Notes under the pieces: generated by a model
The model's database searches: none
What the model was told of the DNA's origin: nothing
Seen by the model: only the letters and a program-made list of their open reading frames with translations
Origin: a virus
Taxonomy: Duplodnaviria > Caudoviricetes
Reading direction: 5' to 3' (one strand)
DNA length: 55,525 nt
Virus record (IMG/VR): IMGVR_UViG_3300000116_000024
Coordinates: 1 to 55,525 of that record
Shown: one piece after another, positions 13,001 to 20,700 of the stretch
Layout: every line of letters starts with the position of its first letter
How positions within the stretch are numbered: the stretch's first letter is position 1
Translations under genes and position numbers: made by a program

Positions 13001-15030
13001 GAAGGTGGGTACTTTAATGTACCCTTTCCATCTTTATCTAATATAGGCTCATCATCTTCATCTACATTAAAAGCAGATCCATATCTAAGATTTAAAGATT
13101 GATAAAAAGAGTAAGCAGAGTTAGCAGTTTCTTCAAAACGTTGAAGTCTTGCTGCATACGCTTCTTTAGTATCTGTCTGATTAGCTTTGCCTTCTTTTAC
13201 TAATTGTTCAAAACCTGCATCTGTACTAGCAAGTGTCTTGTATTCATCTATTTCAGACTTTACTAAATCAAATCTACCATACTTGATTCTAGGAGTTAAA
13301 TAGTTTATAATATAATCAGCTTCTAGATTTTTACTTGTAAATATATCTCCAGCTTTAAGACTAGCCTCTCTTTCAGTTTGTAAAACTGTTCCTCTATTTA
13401 CAGCTTCCTTAGTTTCTTCAGTGAAGTTACTAAGTTGAAACTTCATTTGTTTTAAAGCTTCTGGTAAATTAGAACTATTAAATTCATTAACTGCTTCATC
13501 TGTTTGTCTTGACAGTCTTTGGTTTTCTGTTTCGTAATTTTTATCAACTAATGATCTTACACTTGGTATACCGTTTATCATTATAGCACCAGATAAACCA
13601 CCTATAAGAGCATTCTTAGCACCTTCGTTACTAAACATCCCTTGTGTAATACCTACACCAACAGATTCCAACCAGTTAGTAGCTTCACCATTGTAAGCTT
13701 TATCATAATAGTCTTCTGTAGCGGTACCTATTCCAAATTGACTTGATTCCTCAAGTGCTTCAGAGTAAGAAAATATATAAGGTTTCCTTACTGCATTTAC
13801 AACTCTTCCTAATTTAGAAACTTGCTTCCTTGAAGCTCTACCAGCCTCATCAAAGATTATATCTTTTGTTTCTTTACCTAGTCCATTAAGTAATGTTTTT
13901 TCAGAACCGTAGGAACTTGACATTATCTTTGGTAACTGAATGTAATTTGTTGCAGTTAACAACATCATGTTTGAAAGCATTGAATAGTTACCTGCAGAAT
14001 CCGCTATTTTATTTATTTCAGCAAGATCTTCTCCATTAGGAACAACACCTTTTTCTTCTCTATATTTAGAAATTAGTTTCTGTCTGAAGTCATTCATGTT
14101 GTGTAAGCCCTCAAACCCTGCTTCACCTGTTGTAGACAAACCTGAAACTAATACTCGTTGACCTTTATTAAGAGTGTTGTACCCACCTGCTACTTTTAAA
14201 AATTTATCAGCTAAAATTTTTAGTTGTCCATATATACCAGAAGCTCCTTTACCTCCTGCTAAACCTGCTTCTGTTGCAGCAATTGCTTCACCTGCTTTAC
14301 CTGTAGAAAATAACTTAGATGCAAGTGGAATACCTTTTAAAATATTAGTATAAACACCAGCACTTAAATATGTACCAGCTGCAAATCCCATGTTTTTAAC
14401 AACCCCATCCCACAAAAAATTACCTGTCATCCAATAGTCAGGAGAATACCAATCAGCATCTCTTGACACTGCTGTATAATAATTAGGTAAAGCGTCTTCT
14501 AGTTTTTTATTAAACTTATCCAATGCTCTATTGAAATCGTTATCATAAAATGAAGCCATTCTACCATCACTTATTGCTTGAAATGTACCATTAACTAATC
14601 CAACTGTATTCTGTAAAAATGTAGTACCTGTAAGAGCTAACCCTTTTGAAACACCATTTACCATTTGAGCTCCCCAACCTTGACCTTGAGCTGCAGCATC
14701 TTCATTATCCCAACCTGCATCAGGATTAAAGTAATCATATCTTTCTGAACCTACATATTGATCCCCTGTTCTAGTCATAGGACCAACACCTTCACCAGAA
14801 GAAGTAGACCTAACTTTATTCATTAATGCTTCAACAGAATTTACCTCTGGTTCAGAACTTCCAATTGGAGCAGCAGTAACAGTGTCAAATTGAAACTCTG
14901 GCATTCCAGTAGGAGCTTTGTATCCTCCAAACCTTTCCTCCATAAAACCTTCATCCAACATAGGCTTAGGAATGCTTGGTGCAGGAATGCTTGTTCCTGT
15001 TTGAGCCTTTGGTAATTTATCTTTTGCCAT
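1036..15030 (-). CDS. Giant virion-packaged DNA-dependent RNA polymerase (crAss-like/phi14:2 gp66-type) fused to a long N-terminal cargo region and a zincin-like domain
   Basis: 4664 aa. Catalytic GSDFDIDK (DFDID at 3751-3765) is preceded by FRTPTQ. Other motifs: ETDGAGII, LDKYS, RGSQPTKL, IGIAAVAQTGH, YVDISK. Zincin-like YHEAFEAVF...EHLAEEF at about 7720-7900. Hydrophobic Gly/Ala-rich segments lie in the first 500 aa. Confidence 0.9.
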   Translation of the reverse strand: MAKDKLPKAQTGTSIPAPSIPKPMLDEGFMEERFGGYKAPTGMPEFQFDTVTAAPIGSSEPEVNSVEALMNKVRSTSSGEGVGPMTRTGDQYVGSERYDYFNPDAGWDNEDAAAQGQGWGAQMVNGVSKGLALTGTTFLQNTVGLVNGTFQAISDGRMASFYDNDFNRALDKFNKKLEDALPNYYTAVSRDADWYSPDYWMTGNFLWDGVVKNMGFAAGTYLSAGVYTNILKGIPLASKLFSTGKAGEAIAATEAGLAGGKGASGIYGQLKILADKFLKVAGGYNTLNKGQRVLVSGLSTTGEAGFEGLHNMNDFRQKLISKYREEKGVVPNGEDLAEINKIADSAGNYSMLSNMMLLTATNYIQLPKIMSSSYGSEKTLLNGLGKETKDIIFDEAGRASRKQVSKLGRVVNAVRKPYIFSYSEALEESSQFGIGTATEDYYDKAYNGEATNWLESVGVGITQGMFSNEGAKNALIGGLSGAIMINGIPSVRSLVDKNYETENQRLSRQTDEAVNEFNSSNLPEALKQMKFQLSNFTEETKEAVNRGTVLQTEREASLKAGDIFTSKNLEADYIINYLTPRIKYGRFDLVKSEIDEYKTLASTDAGFEQLVKEGKANQTDTKEAYAARLQRFEETANSAYSFYQSLNLRYGSAFNVDEDDEPILDKDGKGTLKYPPSVMNKMLYTALKTEDFDQRIITLEGKLTAAGINTSEVLKSVVDGNFEAYNKAVEQIKSLDILGEKKDTLGSYLDDIADAAAQRQTFIKTYEDIKENPSKYLSEPIKQEQTDTPDVAPETIKVQTEKGVVDVEVETEYFVGNSVDYNEDGLDEIFKIGTLIVKGYNEDGTLKIVNTKTGEERNLTRGTFNKLKLGKVSTTRNNKTANYFYNHRNEIFELNRGKNFGGRVRGRLEYDNGKLYFVYKTKGSDKTTKVETTQADVKQKVSKLEKRINRAKSMFANAKTGAEKAEALIFFLNNAHHTDESVNEEDMAWFNNAKKEVEADGYIIDNEIGREIFDNETIEFALQRESDSVPKGTTIVNKIVRPRRLVDGKQVQSAKYDVLVGTGTTEERDILLQEFKDAENALDPKDLEGTRGRYDAAKKALKEYDDANFTKPGAEVKLKKELTTYKKAAPKAKTKVSNSNIKRKQLDNSFFVPQEGYDLPRITRVGSVQSKDQKASEQQFTSPQEIAKNKKTLAKNREARLEVLTQLGEEGKQNIAELEKTITKASEDLAKVKEDLANIRKMKKAGPDGPKIKLTFSKATKSFTRSINKLTQMRKDLNKTIKLAEAEREEVLNDISYFEQYANEISDAPEDSGEFLKELKSQVKILADNGKNLANIIKAAKKMGTTLRQVTKKAASLFKKAIKSTYIVDDTYAQSLNDLLSDVAAGRDLDVTWPALKQEIVNFQLTNDISKDVNLNEADIENTVSEVRKLESDITELRNEYRARKIILDRFQSIMNEYNAQKAAEQKIINDQKLLDKILDTGIKAVPLKEYEGPYNPIKLKSTDILPVATNPINEGKDHQTRANTFGANLNSFENRDDIRGIYLTSAIQDQLLPGVVERMLDGDPDLIKRFKDSMIIMVMVNENGELVGEDGQPIPEGESSLDNAIYQAMPEAGLTNTKGSMFREGTDEAVKTSVTEQYAKFRQAVLGQSALGIPQVIEASFGSPKYSIDSNGNNVYTDVTSVQDAGLIDEVSLEKKPLIFVPKSKGTVSEGTVSYDSPLGRVFLRMPNAYVPLRNRKHTRKEATVIFETILQLSKNITQGEGVESDSSIDLLNFLKRVTYWGMPLDSNGERKEPGRNSVFFQRTDPDAGGGLKFTKLQLVIGKSPDSKFDFAPSELEMQKDLIISVLENTYNNVNAYDQILNDLDAEFQQIVGVEDGEIQDVIWPNYQTYLLSNTNPDGSARESYELPLHTNLKVKEEGEVSRENIYFFSKTGQENYTVPSPAAQRQKVNQATNLPITKEGKAVVTPSAPSTPSTPTQSKGSKFYTFDGETMNQYVFADGQILSFKWRQQKGVVPAKEQIVIYNQPGDNFQEIIDAIPVKSTNVPEEIKKKKSDYLKGLIFTAIEAQLAYEKAKFAFSVEISDAAVEKGEAEGGGRGLFDDIAPVTPAPAEQTSNVETVNYNGTKYSVDFNIGSGTITNLKTGKVIDSTSSLGSTIVDLATMQQGSESPLQTSEVALNKESSMSSVVSSWLQTEEGSLDNQTAEESASKFALIYNRKNPVTGEDNRSVAQIIEDNKSLTPSQRKDNAGQVGTDLFNTIAQGMSVRETILNEIKNQTLSLDPTEDTPSQGGLNFSDSIEDALSDMNDEHFREVIEAEMSLFEEENWKEVASWMKKNLPTVQLNRVKNIIQAGGGRLAWGMFKSNAIYVYENAEVGTLYHEAFEAVFNQFLSAEEVSKLRTDFKQRKGTFVDRPTGQEIKFSEATGQQMKEHLAEEFRDYVKNNKQPKGFFAKVFKQLKDLIEKWFTSSNSDTYTNELFDRINTGFYASPEVKKFSELKGYKIGDGNINDMLYAPNSENAEFRVIPLNDKEIYDTIQEMTYQLVTEVIKDDDNLFNLDALVGTEVETYKRLQTRVIQIARQKQVAINKYIIANESKLTDKDRSNLNVLIAKNKKLEKNILQSWPVLIERHKQYLQSFNISFDQGAQDQLEDNDRIRESNKFDASKIDSLKAASVSLKLLLSTLQVRNNETGKPIISSINGSVLQPYSKTAITLMANLHTSESPDEMMVKLQELAKNNATYAPLYARIMGKGINEGAPTFDNVTKQKSRMITAMWRTLKKQAPEVLNTYVFEDGITVQPAAYSTASEQVKADYLNGISSQAKSNNGFFNYNPANGKYTPKRLELNNVALNTPTAMSNFLLRLGIAFSDTDMRKLYRIGKQEDLKKVVQSIKDSVSSIQSVTTFSQGSLDISGRLRQLAFLQVTATNPDFDSTYNNVSGEKVQTYFGVNAIDKLFVALQNVKNKSELAGTQFEYLLTDEFSQGSNLMSRMFASDGSKKANTDELLKPGIAGGIVYEKKKNSASTRLTDKERYIQELNLNLDGRFMNLVPGDASLEHMVNMGKAVKASQLSDVGLARVISNIFKPYLLSEINLSRADRYIPELKYEEGTPEFDKRKNTDLRFFKGILGETLHNEVVSQEGTPEEVYELYKNKIDESITKYIKGWVNKNYSYLDKFEMIDVSGDIVNNYNIENVAFPKNMSADKLTRELTAVGINYMVANIEMHKLLYSDPYQYKDELKRTKSFLSPSQVLVNNSPLFQAQQNIVWNEGYEKGDIGYYNLMKDYFNTATHEDVIGAIDLPGYEAYEETDGAGIISFPAYRAMRIQADNWNDAEEKQYRYDIAYEKKDKSIKLTPEEKALLNDKTFKMVKSAYPDQKPIVSGSRLAKDGGKSSFNNIVLDKYSLYPLSYRVMKEMNADNAINLYNKMQKESVDYIIFRSARKVGAPEKAHETYNKETGEFNNEPYEETIKVPFSIMGIQSEVPSKEKDLVTRGSQPTKLITLDMFDNGVPIDFKHFTGKNDAPREEQWALLTDEERLEQSDIFKESENNTEILDALTEDSYERVLRRLGIVETDDGRFVIEDFSEATKTLRSELFKREVNDNISDALTNFLDKGTTLETTPVYQQVRNILYSIVNKELVKPKISGGLKTQIPSTFFESTKTKYNDKLNGYTSDTLDFYVDEDGKRVMEIMVGRWFKSDMNDKDLLEYLNKEENQGILEGLAFRTPTQAQNSIDVIRVARLLPREFGDNVVVPSAIVEKVGSDFDIDKLAIYLKNVFYRKGKLEVVPFFGTGSEAKNEFAKMFDGGQLLTSSQKKQLDALGQLKSWEVQGLINNEETDLGFGDLLAQLGIVEQEDSLETFINELSEIGVRDTIINRLYKQSLENGYITSSRNIVSHPQNFENLIRPNSAKQLQDLSKRVVNKLFGEPFNYTKVDNLLNNRFMLRLRQAFVSGKRAIGIAAVAQTGHSQNQKTIITVDTDKIENMTLEDQYWLGDGQVKFENYNKSDGKASLSGIYNADGQLISNINSQLMDGYVDISKGPWIMEMGATPQAAPTILFLNSIGVPIDQIIFFINQPIIREYLLTLENKGKRWIYNDAIMEDLLSKYNVTDFNANTKNDFVIEDAVTLEENLGKTNFSEKEANQQGAYLMEFLKYSRMSSQYYTFTAGTNFDTAMLNDPFLIFKKKVAYGKAKSSVIAGAESKLASGFVRKLGQRLGILPNDEGKGNTRDALSNFLLSDRGNVRTVLETVLLPYTERPDKEFVRIARKAVNNLFDWAMQTKGLNTQIEKILLNDDGVAAQVGELINKIKTSKKGSPYFSMINNLVVSNLEVLPSRKAGAVPNNLRLGKIGTQAYEVNSIIYSFRELRTFLEEMGQSELYDGIVKLSVLQSGLSSSPISFTSYLPQEDVDKIYKYTLPLLENLPNLQDFADLNMFQRNNWQDDTIVRADSLFMLTPKATNNVKSASFPSIAAWARPDSVNTAFQNGNIPLTVTQNVSNFKAGDDTMVFSWTDLSYSRTEVAAMRKAGNYDYVKKGLFKIVRDPEGLPIVHNSENKKKGTVDKYYIYKHINAFGDSYRAQEFYTNARKSVIDNGLMKANEKSDLIVSSAWDGSLGKAFPSVLESGETYFNKLNDGTFLLADNAKYRPSEITSEMLLEMGYPEDVTGRLIKLICKG

Positions 15031-17678
15031 TATTGTGGAATGTTAAGTGGTTGATTCTGTAATAATTTTTTTTCTTCTAATGTCATATCTCTTCCTGTAT
15101 AAAAACGAAAAAGAGCATCATCTGTCAATGAGTTCATAAAAGTTACCATTTCAGCTTTATTTAACCCTCTCCCACCTCCAAAGTCTATTTCAAAATTTGA
15201 AGTACGATTAGGAATCGTTGGATTAAGTGGGTCAGTTCCTTGAAGTTTTGGATCTAAGTAGTCAAAGTTTATTTGTAGGTAAACCTCTGGATCATTGTTC
15301 CTAGGGTTTCTTTTTGTTATTAAATTACCTGACACATTTCTTAAAAGTTTAATACTTGGAAAGTCCATTTGTTGTAGGTATGCATTTTGTGGAGTTGTAA
15401 CTCTAGAAGATTTACCAAACTCGTCAGGAATTGCTGTTGTAAAGAAATCTTTTTGATTAATGCTAGGATTAGTAGAAAGAAGTTGAGGCATGTACTTGCT
15501 ATCAAATGAAGCAACCTCAGGAGTTTTTTCTACTTTAATATCAAAAGACTTTGTAAGTAGTCCATATTGTTCGTCTGTTAATGGTATTGGTATATTAAAA
15601 CCTGCACCACTAACCCTAAGTTCTTGCACACCTGTATTTATAGATACATCATTTATTTTATCTTTTACAGCCATTATGTTTGCAGCTGTAGATTTATCTA
15701 GTCCTGGCCAACCACCTCTACCATTAGCAACAAGCTCGATTGTTCCTAATACAGACTGTAATTGATTTTTAACTTCTTTATCAGACATGTTAAGTGGTAC
15801 AGCAACATTTTGGTCTAGTGGTGTAGCTTTTAATATTAACTCTGACTCTAATTTATCTCTTCTTGTATTAATTTCTTGAAGTTGTTTTCTAACACCTTTC
15901 ATCATTTCATAACCAAGAGTTCCATCACTTGCTCTCCAATCTTTATATAATTGAAATGCTTGATCATTATTTAATGTACGTCTTGCTAACTCGTCATCCC
16001 ACCTTTTAACAATACCGCCAGATACTGCTTCCATTTTTGCAAAATCTTGAAAAGACTCTAGTAAAACAGCTGTTTGTTCAGCATTAAATCCTCCAAAGGT
16101 TGCATTTTGATATTCTACAGGAATTATATTAGATAAATCTATAGGTAGCTGTTTATCAACCACATCTGAAATTGATTTATTTTTAAATAAAGAACTATCA
16201 GCTCTACGTTGTGCATTTATGTAACCTTGTACATCTCCTACTGAAGAAGGTGATACTGTAGAAAACCCATTAGTTTTCGCTGTATTTAACAATCTATCAA
16301 ACTCAGTAAGTCCTTTTTCTTCTGATTCATAATCACCTTCATTAAATATCCCATCATTATTTACATCTACAAATCTTAATTGGTCATCCCAACCCATTAA
16401 ATCTGCAACTCTTTTTCTTTCTGAGGTAGCTAAATTTACTAAGTTAGTTCTCTTTGTAGTGTCATCTTTAATTATACTATCAGGAGTTATGTTCTCTCCA
16501 GGAATAGGAAAAGAATCTCCAGTTTTAGGTGTTTTAAGCAAGTCAACCTCTTCTCGTTTAAGACCTTGCATTATTTGATTATTTCTTACTTGCTCGTTAT
16601 GTTTTGCTAAAGCTAAAGCTCTATTGTCTTTTTGCATTTGAACAGTAAAATAAGGACTTACTTTTGAAGTTGTATCAACATCTCTACTAGAAAATGATTG
16701 AGATATATTCTCCATCCATTTTATTGTATAAAATTCTGCTTTTGAACCAGCTACATTACCTTCTTCAAAACCTTTAGAAACAGAATCATACTCTCTTTTA
16801 TTTGCTGTAATTAATGCATCTTGCATCGTTAGCTGTTGTTCAATTTGTAACTTTTGTGCAGGTGTTTGTACATTTTCTAATAAGTTTACAAGCTCAGATC
16901 TTTTTTCATTTAAAAATGTAAATCTTTTTTTGTAACCACTATTTATTTGATTAATGTAATCCTCAGTAGTAGTATTAGAATACTTATATTCTCCATCTAA
17001 TGATAGTTGTCTCCATGCTTGAGGGCTTAGACCAGATTTGAGAGCTGTTTGTATTTTTTCTGGTGAAAGTTCCTTTATAACTTCTTTAGTCATTACATCT
17101 ATGTACTTGTCTGTCACAGGATCAAACATTATTTCATTTGAAGTTACGTCTTGAGCAAGAGCTTTTATTATCTTTTGCGCATCTTCTTGAACATTTACAT
17201 ACGGAGAAACATTATTACTATACCTAGAACCATCAGTGTTAAACCACTTACTTACATTTTGTTTAAATTTTGCATCATTAGAAGGTGCCCATTTTCCTTC
17301 TAGTTGAAGTTTTTCAACAGCTGCTACATCCTTTTTATACTTAGCAGTATCTGAAACAGCGCCTATAACCTTAGGATCTTTTGATATTTGATTAGTCATT
17401 CCATTTACAGAATTAACTAAAGCAAAGTTAGAAAAGTCACCTCCTGCTACATTGGTTAATTGACTACCTAATGCATTAAGCTTTGACTGTAAGTATTGTT
17501 TATCTTCAGGTTTAGCGATTTCAAGTCCAGCAATATTATCAATACTTTGTTGTATCTTCTCTACTCCTTTGTCATAACGCTCCTGTTTGTATTGTCCAAC
17601 CTTTGCCATAGCCTCCACAGGAAGTTGTTGTACATAGGGATTGAACTTAATATTAGCTGGGTCTTTATATGATGCCAT
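15030..17678 (-). CDS. Putative ejected/cargo virion protein
   Basis: 882 aa with a helical/coiled-coil N-half (FNPYVQQLPVEAM...). Lies directly upstream of the vRNAP and is coupled to it by a TAATG overlap. Confidence 0.7.
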   Translation of the reverse strand: MASYKDPANIKFNPYVQQLPVEAMAKVGQYKQERYDKGVEKIQQSIDNIAGLEIAKPEDKQYLQSKLNALGSQLTNVAGGDFSNFALVNSVNGMTNQISKDPKVIGAVSDTAKYKKDVAAVEKLQLEGKWAPSNDAKFKQNVSKWFNTDGSRYSNNVSPYVNVQEDAQKIIKALAQDVTSNEIMFDPVTDKYIDVMTKEVIKELSPEKIQTALKSGLSPQAWRQLSLDGEYKYSNTTTEDYINQINSGYKKRFTFLNEKRSELVNLLENVQTPAQKLQIEQQLTMQDALITANKREYDSVSKGFEEGNVAGSKAEFYTIKWMENISQSFSSRDVDTTSKVSPYFTVQMQKDNRALALAKHNEQVRNNQIMQGLKREEVDLLKTPKTGDSFPIPGENITPDSIIKDDTTKRTNLVNLATSERKRVADLMGWDDQLRFVDVNNDGIFNEGDYESEEKGLTEFDRLLNTAKTNGFSTVSPSSVGDVQGYINAQRRADSSLFKNKSISDVVDKQLPIDLSNIIPVEYQNATFGGFNAEQTAVLLESFQDFAKMEAVSGGIVKRWDDELARRTLNNDQAFQLYKDWRASDGTLGYEMMKGVRKQLQEINTRRDKLESELILKATPLDQNVAVPLNMSDKEVKNQLQSVLGTIELVANGRGGWPGLDKSTAANIMAVKDKINDVSINTGVQELRVSGAGFNIPIPLTDEQYGLLTKSFDIKVEKTPEVASFDSKYMPQLLSTNPSINQKDFFTTAIPDEFGKSSRVTTPQNAYLQQMDFPSIKLLRNVSGNLITKRNPRNNDPEVYLQINFDYLDPKLQGTDPLNPTIPNRTSNFEIDFGGGRGLNKAEMVTFMNSLTDDALFRFYTGRDMTLEEKKLLQNQPLNIPQ

Positions 17679-17685
17679 AATTTAA

Positions 17686-17717
17686 CAAATGTAATGGGAT
17701 TATACTCCTTATCCAAA
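17686..17717 (-). promoter_or_regulatory. Bacteroidota-type housekeeping-sigma promoter
   Basis: On the minus strand: TTTG (17717-17714), 20-nt spacer, TACATTTG (17693-17686), matching TTTG-N19-21-TAnnTTTG. Ends 7 nt before the ATG at 17678. Confidence 0.65.
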
Positions 17718-17758
17718 CTAGACTAACTAGTTTTGGTAAAGTTTTATAATCGATTTTA

Positions 17759-20700
17759 TTATAAATTTCTTATTGCTCTTAGAATATTACTATTCTTATT
17801 ATTTTTTGTAACCTTCTTTCCGTACTTACCACTTTCTGGAATTTCTTCTAGCTCTTCTACTTCTTTTGTTTTTCCTTCTTCTTCTTTTATTTCCTTTTTA
17901 AATGGATTGTTTTGAGAAAACCAACTTAATAAAGAGGCAGCATTGTTAACTCCTTGATTCCCACCTGTAATTCCTTGTACCATACTTAACGGACTAATAC
18001 CTGTCATACCTTGACCTGTATTAAATTGAGTAGGATTTACAACATTTAATCTTTGATTGTTATCATATTTAAAAGTTGGATACATGTTAGCATATACTTT
18101 ATTCATAACATTTTCTAACTTGTTTTTAGAGTACTTGTCACTAATAGAGTTCAGTATATCTATATTTTGTGTACGTGTATTAGCTGCAGCCTGAGCTTGT
18201 CTATCTGCTTGCTGATCATAAATACCCAAGTTCTTTAACATAGCATCATTTAATGTAGCTTGATTTCCTGAATAAACATTATCTTTCATTGCTTGATTCT
18301 GTCTAAACTCTTCAGCATTAATTTTATTCAACGCATCATAAGTTGGAGCTTGTGCTAAAGCAAGTGCTGCAGGATTATTTTGCAATGTAGCATTTCTTTG
18401 CATTGCTCTAGATTGTGACGTTACATCATTTCTCATATCTTGAAGAGAAATATCATAAGGAACTCTTAGCTGAGGTTGAAAACCTTGAGCTTGTACAGGT
18501 TGTACCTGATTAGTAGCCATTGCATAATATTCTCCAAGAAGTTGATTCTTGTCAAGAGACTGATCTTCTGGTGAATTATTAAAATTAACACCAGGACCTA
18601 TATTTCCTTTAGGAGCAACAGTTGTTGTTTCAGTAGTAGTATCGGTATCACCAAGCATTACTTTCTCCTCTGTGTAGTTTGTTACTTCCTCAGCTTCCTT
18701 AGCAGGTGTAAATACAGCATCTCTAGTTTCTTGCCCAAATATTCCATCAACTTTAACAGGGTCAATACCTGCCTCTTTAGCTCTTTTATTAAATTCTTTC
18801 TGAAATTTTAATATAGCTGAAGATACTTTCTTACCCTTGTATGTTACCATTTTATTAGGATCAGTTTTACTCCAATCAAACCAAGGATTGTTTTCTTTCA
18901 AAGTATCATAATCTTCTTGTGTAACACCTCCAGCAAATGATGTCTTTGGATCAATCGCTTGACCTTCAGGCGTATATCCTAATGAGCTACCTGACATTTC
19001 CACAGCCTCTGTTGTATTTGTTTCAGGGTTTCTTCTTATATAAACATTTGGATTGTTAGGATCTACCTTATAGCCTGCTGCCTCTAACTCTTCCTCAGTC
19101 ATGTCAGTTAAAGGAATTTGTTTTTTATTAAAATCATTTGCACTTGGAGGATTGGTAGTTTCATTACCAGTAGTCTCAACACCATCTTCGCCCATCTTCA
19201 ATCTTGCTCCATACTTAGCATTTTCTATCCTCATAGGATCTTCAACCAATTTTCTTTTATTTATAAACTCATTTGCTTTTATTCCATAGTCATCAAATGT
19301 TTCATTCATAGCTTCTTGTAAATCAGCTAATATACTCTTCTTCTCAGCAATGTTTTTTAATTTCATATCTGCACCTTTTAATACTACATCCGCAGTTCTT
19401 CTTTCTAACTGTCCAAACACTGTATCATCTGATTCTAATCCTAAATCAGCAACCTTTGCTTGTGTTCTGTTAATACTAGCTTCGTCTTTATTTAAAACGT
19501 TAGCAACATAGTTTTTATACTTTTTACCTTTTGCTCGTTCATCCCCTATTTCTGAAATGTATTCTTCTGGAATCTTCATATCCCCATATACAACTAAGCT
19601 ATCATCTATTTCTTGTGCTGGTTCATTTTCCACCTCTACACTTGCGTTAGATGTTATATCTCCACCCATAGACATCTTTTTAGCATCATCACCATAAGCA
19701 ACACCTATTCCTGTTTGTCCTGTACTAGGATCACGATAGTCATGAGAGTTACCTTTAAATTGAATACTCTCTCCACCAGCATAAGGATTGTAAGAAACTG
19801 TTTCAGCTTTCCCACCCCATAGTGTTTTAAGATTTCCTCCCATTTTCATTGTGTCTAATGCAGAAGGGTTGGGTGAAACATAATCACCTCTCATGTTACC
19901 ACCACTTCTATAAGAAGGTACGTTTCCTCCATCACGCACGTATGAAGAATATCCTGCCTGAATAGAAGGAGCTATAGCACCATATGACATTTCTTTAGTA
20001 TTTTTTGCAGTAACCTCATTTTCTAACCTTTGTCTTCTATCGTTTCTATCAAGCAAATCTCCTGCAGCAGATCCAAGGAAACCACCTACAGCAGAACCTA
20101 AAGGACCAAAGGCACTACCAATAGTACCACCAATTTTACCACCAATGTTACTTCCAGCATCATCATTTACACCAACCATTCCAGCAAGTTGAGATCCTGC
20201 TGCACCGTACATTCCTCCACCATATGAAGCATTTCCAGCATCAAATGAGGTAAATCCTTGTGCAGCTTGTTTTAAGTAACCACCTTGACCAAATGATTTT
20301 TGTTGATTAGGATTAACAAGAGGCATGTATTCACCATTAAACATTCCACCATCTTGTGCTTTATTAAAACTACGTGCATTCTTAGCAAAGTTTGCCATTT
20401 TTACAACTTCTTTACTATATTTACTTTTATTAGCCATCACTTTATCAGCTGCTTCAGCTACAGACATTCCTCTTTTCTTAGCCCATGCTGTAAACTTACC
20501 TTCATTTTTAGGATTAATATTAATTCCACTTTTAGCTAGAACATTTGTTCCTACACCATATACTGGAAAGAACTCTTCTCCTGTATTTGTAAAATCTTCA
20601 GGACGTACATATGACCTATCTACTTTTTCTGGTGTTGTTTTAGATGCTTGTAAAGCAATATCAGACACTTGTCTAGCTTGCTTTGCAGAACCTAATGCTT

